DNA of 64,000 bases from Eledone cirrhosa (lineage: Eukaryota): assembly GCA_964016885.1 (NCBI GenBank), contig OZ024740.1:257858001-257922000 (forward strand), in the 5' to 3' direction. Shown here piece after piece: positions 56,479 to 64,000 of the stretch. The position numbers and the translations under genes are program-made. How positions within the stretch are numbered: position 1 is the stretch's first letter; every line of letters starts with the position of its first letter. The notes under the pieces are model-generated. The model was given only the letters and a program-made list of their open reading frames with translations. It made no database searches and had not been told where the DNA came from.

Positions 56479-56604
56479 TGTCTCTGCTTTAGGCACAAGG
56501 CCAGCAATTACCCAGTGCATTACTGGTACTTTATTTTATCGACCCCGTAAGGATGAAAGGCAAAGTCAACCTCGGCGGGATTTGAACTCAGATCGTAAAG
56601 GGAC
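56479..56604 (-). mobile_element. 5'-truncated Nin/Deu-domain SINE with 11-bp target-site duplication GTTGAAATAAT
   Basis: TSD at 56468-56478 and 56605-56615; empty site in the paralogous segment at 57301-57311. Confidence 0.9.
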
Positions 56605-57348
56605 GTTGAAATAATGTATATATTTTAACAAATGATTCTATGGACATACTTTATTGTATATTGCTCTGATAGTTGATTATTTAATTAATTAATTCGTCAT
56701 TGAACCACATCGTGAATGGTTGCCAAAAACACACACACATATATATATATATATATATGACTTTGTCTAGTTTATGTATATGTAAATCTTTATATTTGAT
56801 AATCTCCCATATGGTTGAGATGCAATTTAGGCAGTATTAGGCTGCGCTTTCTAGCAACCAACCCACTCGCCGTAAGGCACCAATCACATTCTTGCTGACT
56901 TGACCACTGCCACGTCACAGTTCTTAGTCATTTTGAATTCGTTTCTGGTGGAGATCATTTAAGAAAAATCTTCGTCCAAGTGAGTTTGTTTCCTGATGAT
57001 TTCGAAACTCGTGAATTTATCCTTGATCGAATATTTCCAAAAAGCGAATGAAATCTCTTGGGGTAGAAATATAATTTTGGTATGCTTATATCATTTTTCC
57101 TTCTAACTTTGATTTTATACCTAATTGTGTATGGTTGACGATATATTTAATCGATTTCCACGTGCTGGGTAAATATTCTATAGCTGTTGATCGCGGATAG
57201 ATAGCTGTCTTTTATTTATCTACTATTTCTTCATAGGTGCCTTTTAATCTTATAACCTTGTTTAATTGAGTTTTTGTGTGGTTGATTATGCTGTTTGGGA
57301 GTTGAAATAATGTATATATTTTATCAAATGATTCTATGGACATACTTT

Positions 57349-57427
<79 letters not shown>

Positions 57428-57503
57428 GAGCGGAACAAGTAAACATTAAACAATCTTTTAAATAAATTAAAATAGTACGCTTTAAATATTTACCTCTTCT
57501 AGT

Positions 57504-57583
57504 GCCATGACCGACGGTTTCGCTAATCAAAAGATTGGAAATTCAGAGAATTTCCAATGGAAAGATATAGCTCTTGAGATAGC
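57504..57583 (-). ncRNA. Degenerate type I hammerhead ribozyme (G5C)
   Basis: gctat-CTCAAGA-GCTA..TTGGAAATTCtctGAATTTCCAA..TAGC-GAAACCGTCGGTC-atggc; stems I, II and III all pair. Confidence 0.6.
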
Positions 57584-57887
57584 GTTTCCAAACCTACGAG
57601 ATATAAATCCACGTAGATGTGGATGTGACGCTTTCTGCCCGGTGAATGAATCAAGCCGTTAAAATTACCACCACACAAATGGGCCGTTAGAAAGAGCGGG
57701 AATAATAGACTAGTTGATATTTCATGTTACTAGAAATAGCAGCATGATACAACATTCTGTTCTCAACATTAAGGAGAATTCAGATAAATGATATAGATAA
57801 TCCAGTAGGTACTAAGTACCCACGGAAATATATACGGTGTCTATAATAGTGGTTGTTCCATGGTACTAATTTGAGATACCAGAACTG

Positions 57888-57982
<95 letters not shown>

Positions 57983-58167
57983 ATATTATATACATGTGTG
58001 TGTTTATGTTGTGGTAGGGCGAGAAATAAAATAAAATTCTAATTTTATTTTTAATATTCGGCAAGGCCAGTCGTAACTCGCTCGGTATGCAAATGATGCT
58101 ATTCAGCTGATATGTACTTAAGAAAATACTATATATTTTCTACCATTCAACAGACTGGCAGAGGTAT

Positions 58168-58210
58168 ACAGTCCTGATGAAGGGTAATGACCCAGAAACA
58201 CGTTGATTGT
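58168..58210 (+). ncRNA. Minimal type I hammerhead ribozyme (PLE-type)
   Basis: acagtc-CTGATGA-aGGGTaatgACCCa-GAAA-CACG-TT-gattgt; 6-bp stem I; stem III resembles an eroded palindrome ACGCGT. Confidence 0.7.
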
Positions 58211-58307
58211 TTCTCAAAGACCTTGTTGAACAAACAGGTGACGATCGGTCACCGGCACGACACAGCTTGAAATCAGGCCGTTTGTTTACAATCAAATCCA
58301 ACATTAT

Positions 58308-58500
58308 TATTGGATTGGCAGTATCGGTAGAGGGTCGGACGCCATGCTTTGAAGCATAGAGTTACCTCACTTTATGATCTGAGTTCAAATTCCGCCGAGG
58401 TTAACTTTGCCTTTCATCCTTACAGGGTCGATAAAATAAAGTACCAGTAATACACTGGGATCATTGCTGACCTTGTGCGAAAAGTAGAAACAATTATTAA
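58308..58500 (+). mobile_element. Full-length tRNA-derived Nin/Deu-domain SINE
   Basis: TGGATTGGCAGTATCGG head, GAGTTCAAATTC B box, CCTTTCATCCTTACAGGGTCGATAAAATAAAGTACCAG core, ATT tail. Further copies at ~34700-34815 (+), ~60700-60850 (-) and ~62140-62290 (+). Confidence 0.8.
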
Positions 58501-58544
58501 TGTTCGATATAACCCATACGTACATATGTATGTGTATATATGTG

Positions 58545-58898
58545 TATTTTCTAAAAACTGTAGAAGGGTGGCATGAGTCCTTATGTATATAATTTAGTTT
58601 ATGAAAGGGTCCAAAGGTGTGTGTGTGACGATCTAAATTAATGTCTAAGTAATCTACGCTAGTAAGGTTAATAGCTACTGTTATGCTAAGTCCTAACTCA
58701 TTAAAAGTAGTAATTAAATATATTTTTAAACGGTCCAGATCAGGACCATTTTTATGGTTCGATAGGGCCAGACCATCGTCGTGGTATAAGTCCGTGTGGA
58801 TATCCGGGAATCTAGTTCGCAACGTATCTAAAATAAATAAGCATACCAAGTCGCATATATCAGCACTATCGAATGATCCCATTGATACGTCGAGTAGA
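58545..58898 (-). pseudogene. Penelope-like RT fragment from a different family than 52133-52923
   Basis: DVSMGSFDSADICDLVCLFILD..LYHDDGL..TFNELGLSITVAINLTSVDYLDINLD..YIHKDSCHP; flanked by microsatellites. Confidence 0.85.
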
Positions 58899-58940
<42 letters not shown>

Positions 58941-59719
58941 ATGTATACGTACATACATATATGTATACAGACGTACAGTAGTATGTATATATATACATAC
59001 ATGCACACATATATATATGCACGTAGCGGTTTACCGAACATTTATTATAATGCTCGGTTTGTTTGTTTGTAAACAAACAAACAGCCCGAATTACGCTGTA
59101 CAGTGTTTAGGCAACCACGTCACCTTTTTGTTCAACTCTAACACAGGAACGATGTACCAAGAGTGAGAAATGAAATTTCGTTTCATTCTATTCCATTTAT
59201 ATATATATATATATAGTGAAAAATTGAACGGGAACAAAACGGAGAGGCAGTACAAACAAAGGTGTATTAATTTCACGCTCTTGAGAGTGGGGTGGTGGTA
59301 TATATATATATTCTATTTTATGTTCGGAAAAATTGTTCGTGAGCCGAGGTTCCACTGTATAATTAAATATTTTTGTGTAAAATATTTACAATTTATTTCT
59401 ATAAACTTTTAGATAAGATACACGAAATATATTATTCAGTACAGACGGTGTCGATAATTCTGACAGAATATATTTGGTCAAGACAAATTGTTCAGATTAA
59501 AACTTAATTTCTGTATTTACAGCAGTTCTAAGTCAGTTTTCTTGTAAGTATATGTGCTAAATGTTAATGGGAGTTCCTCGTTGCTAATTTTACACTATTG
59601 TTTGATGCAGCAAAAATTTTTGGGTTTTTCTAATTTTTTTCCGCAGTTATGTATGTGGTGATATAACATTGTCAATGCAAATAATGGTTGTTCCATAAAT
59701 ACGTACTTTCACCTTTGAA

Positions 59720-60330
59720 AGATGGTAGTAGTGACAGAACTAGGGATAGTGGGTTTGTTGGTAATGGAGAGGTTGGCTGTGATAACTTTGGATATATTTA
59801 TGACGATGTGGTTGATAGCGAAAGTTGTTGTGGCTGTATTGTTGTTGGTGTTAGTGATAATCGTGGAGGAGTTGATGGTGGTGGTAGTGGTGGTGGTGAT
59901 ATTGGCATTGATGGTGTTGATTGATTTGGAGGAGGATTGGTGGTAATTGTTTGGGACGCAATGTTGGCGTTGGAAGGACTGCTGCTGCTGATGAGGATGA
60001 TTGTGATGATGATGCTCATGGGAATGGTGTTGGTGGTGGTAGCGATAGTCTTAATGGCGTTGACTGTGTTGATACTGCAGCTGCTGATCATGATGGGAAT
60101 GATGAAGATGATGATGATGGGAGCGTAGTCTCAGTGATGTTGATGGTATTGGTAATGATGATGGGTGTGGCAATGTTGATGGTGATGGTGATGGTGTTGC
60201 TGGGTATAGTTTTTGGTGGTGGTGGTGGTGGTGGTGATGGTTGAGAATTGTGACTGTGATGGTGCTGCTGGTTGTGGGGTTGGCAGTGATGTTATTGTTT
60301 GTGGTGGAATGGTGGAGTGGTGGAGTAGGG
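59720..60330. repeat. (GAT/GGT/GTT)n low-complexity region
   Basis: Direct inspection. Confidence 0.85.
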
Positions 60331-62806
60331 GGAAATAAAGAAAGGCAGAAGGCAGAAAATATGACTATTTCGATGAATCGAAATAAAAACCATAAATATA
60401 ACGAAAAATATACTATATAAAAATAATAATAGTTAAAAGCAAAAGATGTAAAGATTGATTAGAGGAAAGTGATAAAGAAGTCGGTGAAAGGATAAAAGAT
60501 AAAAGGAGGAATGTAAAGAATGTAGAGAATGCGGAAATGATTTACAGATGGTGAGACGATGTTCTGAAGATTTTTGATAGGAACGCTGTAGCATATTCCT
60601 TATCATTGTGTCCGAACACAAGTCAGATGGCTAATGGCAACTGGAATGGTTGGCTTTGTCGACACCACCACCACCATCACTATCATCAGTAACATAGTAG
60701 TTTCCAATCTAGATATAAGGCCAGCAATTTGTATTGGGGGCAAATATATTAAATCTACTCTAGTGCTTGACTGGTACTTTATTTATTCGATCCCGGAAGG
60801 ATGAGTCAGCTGATTTCAGCAAGATTTGAACTATGAACGTAAACGTCCCGGATATAATCCCCGAAACGTTTTAGTCTGGCCGTCTAAAAGTCTGTGAATT
60901 CACTTCTTTCCAAACCAGTATAATAAGGAATCGTCTGTAAATAGTTAGAAGTAAGACGTCTGTTGTTATTGAAGATGTTATTGTTGTTGTTGTAGTTGTT
61001 GTATTGGTGGTGGCTGAGACACTCCTGGTTATCCCTAATCTAGCAAATCATCTAAGCAAAGATATTGTAGCCGTTTCCTACCAATCTGTCTTTTTTATAT
61101 ATTTCAATTATAATGCATGTCGCACTATACACCGAATGTGACCCCCCACACACACACACACACACACCTCCTTTATCAGATGAATGAATAACAGTTGAAT
61201 TGGTTTAATAGTTCCAAATTACAGAACTGAAAAACCGTTACCCCGGAAATAGCGAGGGAGATAAATTGAAAAAAGCATCTAAAATAGCCGTGCCCATTTT
61301 GGGGGATGGCTAACACCGTCCCGAAAGCGCAGTGAGTAGGGAAATGGATCGGGATCTCAGAATTTTCCACCTCTGTCGGTTCAATGATAAACCTATCGGA
61401 AACTGGCTGGTTCTCCAGCAGAATGTGATCTTCAGCTTGTCGGATAACGAAACCTGAAACTGTTGCCGAATTTACAAGTCTGCTGCAATAGAAAAGACTG
61501 GATTTGGTTGCTATATTTAGAAGGTTAAGCGGCTTGTTTAAATAGAAGCTCTCTCGTCAGCGCTAGTGGGATAGTGTTGGATGAATATTAGCTGTTATTT
61601 AGTTCCCCTTTTCTAGTTTAGCCTACATCTGGCATATCATCTCAATAAAGACATTGCAACTGTAAACTACCAGTCTTTCTTTACAGACATAAATGTTGGA
61701 CTATATTGACTGAAATGCCCGTCTAACAAATTTTACTCAAAAATGTTTGGACAATCTGACACTACAATGGTAGACACTTGTTTGTCCACGGTGTCACTCA
61801 GAGGAACTGAATCCGAAACCACGTGGTTCAGAAGCGAACTCCTGGTGCAAAACCTATGCATGCTCTACGATATTGAACAAAAAATAATCTATATACGGCT
61901 ATATATCTGATATCCTTTAAAACTTGATTTATTATCCAATATCGAGTGAATGTGTGTGTCTTGATCGCTAGATATAAGGACATGATTTTGACACCTGGCT
62001 GTTTAATTTTTCTTGAGCCAGAGACTAGATATGACGTTGTATTAGTTCACTCATCAGGAGGAAAAATAGCTCTTGTTATGATTCAATGGGCCAGCTTTGC
62101 TTCACAATTTCTCGCTCTGTATCTTCGTGAGAAGGGCGGAGAATTGGCATTAGAACGTTAGAACATCGGATAGACTGTTTTGTGATATTTCTTTCGGCTC
62201 TCTGCTCTCTGAGTTCAAAAGCCACAGAAAACAATATTACCTTTCATCCATTTAAGATTGATACAAAGGTACCAGTCTAGTACTTGGGATCCTTCTTTCC
62301 TCCATATCTTGTTCTCACTTTCTATGTCTCAATTTCTATTCTTCTATGGAAAACATCCGCTGTATTCATGCCCGGAGAAGAGATAAGCTACGCCGGGCTT
62401 AATATGCTTTAGAAACGCCATACAAACGCTACTACGAATCCCTCAAGAGTTACGGGGTAGCTACATACATCTTCATCAGAATTGCCAGTGTTTGTGCAAT
62501 ATCCATACACAAACAAATAGATTTCACAACAGGCTGCTCTGTTGATCAAACAACTAACTGAAATAATCATCATCGAAATCGACGGAGGCCCCAAACAGAA
62601 CTCACTTCAAAATATGGCATCTTCCTATCAGTTTCGCCAGACAAGTGTTTCTCTGTAATAACATGGAAATTAGCAAAAAATAAAATGGAATAAAATCCGG
62701 CTCATTAAATTTAGTGAAATAATTTCACTTTAATAGATATAATTAGTTACAAAAGAGTGAACACTAATTTCAATTAAACACTTAGAACCCTATGCACGCG
62801 TGGCTT

Positions 62807-63850
<1,044 letters not shown>

Positions 63851-64000
63851 GTATATATATATATATATATATATATGAATAAATTTAGTCCTTCATCAGT
63901 GATCTACCAACCGTCATTGGTATTTCATCGCTTTAAAGACCATATACCTCCGGTTGGTGCGAGCAACGGCTAAAGAAAGTCGTTGGGACACGTAAATAAG

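Noticed and set aside
56993-57013. CTGATGA-TTTC-GAAACTCGTG as a hammerhead
   Set aside because: No stem II, GUG is not an NUH site, and stem I is unconvincing.
58310-58400. tRNA gene (A/B boxes)
   Set aside because: No cloverleaf; it is the head of a multi-copy SINE.

Overview
Eukaryotic, AT- and microsatellite-rich, repeat-dominated DNA. The SINE families and (TA)n/(CA)n/(GA)n density suggest a cephalopod/octopus-like genome (inference). No host protein-coding exon can be supported. Bases 1-~12000 are a 34-bp GT-rich satellite with 1426-bp and 3331-bp higher-order duplications; its Cys/Val ORFs are artefacts. The rest is a transposon graveyard: four decayed Tx1/L1-type LINEs, R4/Dong, CRE and RTE LINE fragments, mariner remnants, Helentron/HINE-like elements, many tRNA-derived Nin/Deu-domain SINEs and Penelope-like elements (PLEs), one of them young with an intact RT-thumb/GIY-YIG ORF in an inverted arrangement. 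The main unexplained signal is about ten complete or degenerate type I hammerhead ribozyme (HHR) motifs from several families, plus half-motifs. They lie in short non-coding elements, mostly embedded in (TA)n and often as head-to-head inverted repeats whose junctions fall in the ribozyme. One is a 535-nt unit bounded by two HHR cleavage sites (retrozyme-like) with a U3-A8 covariant core. All RNA structures were folded by eye.
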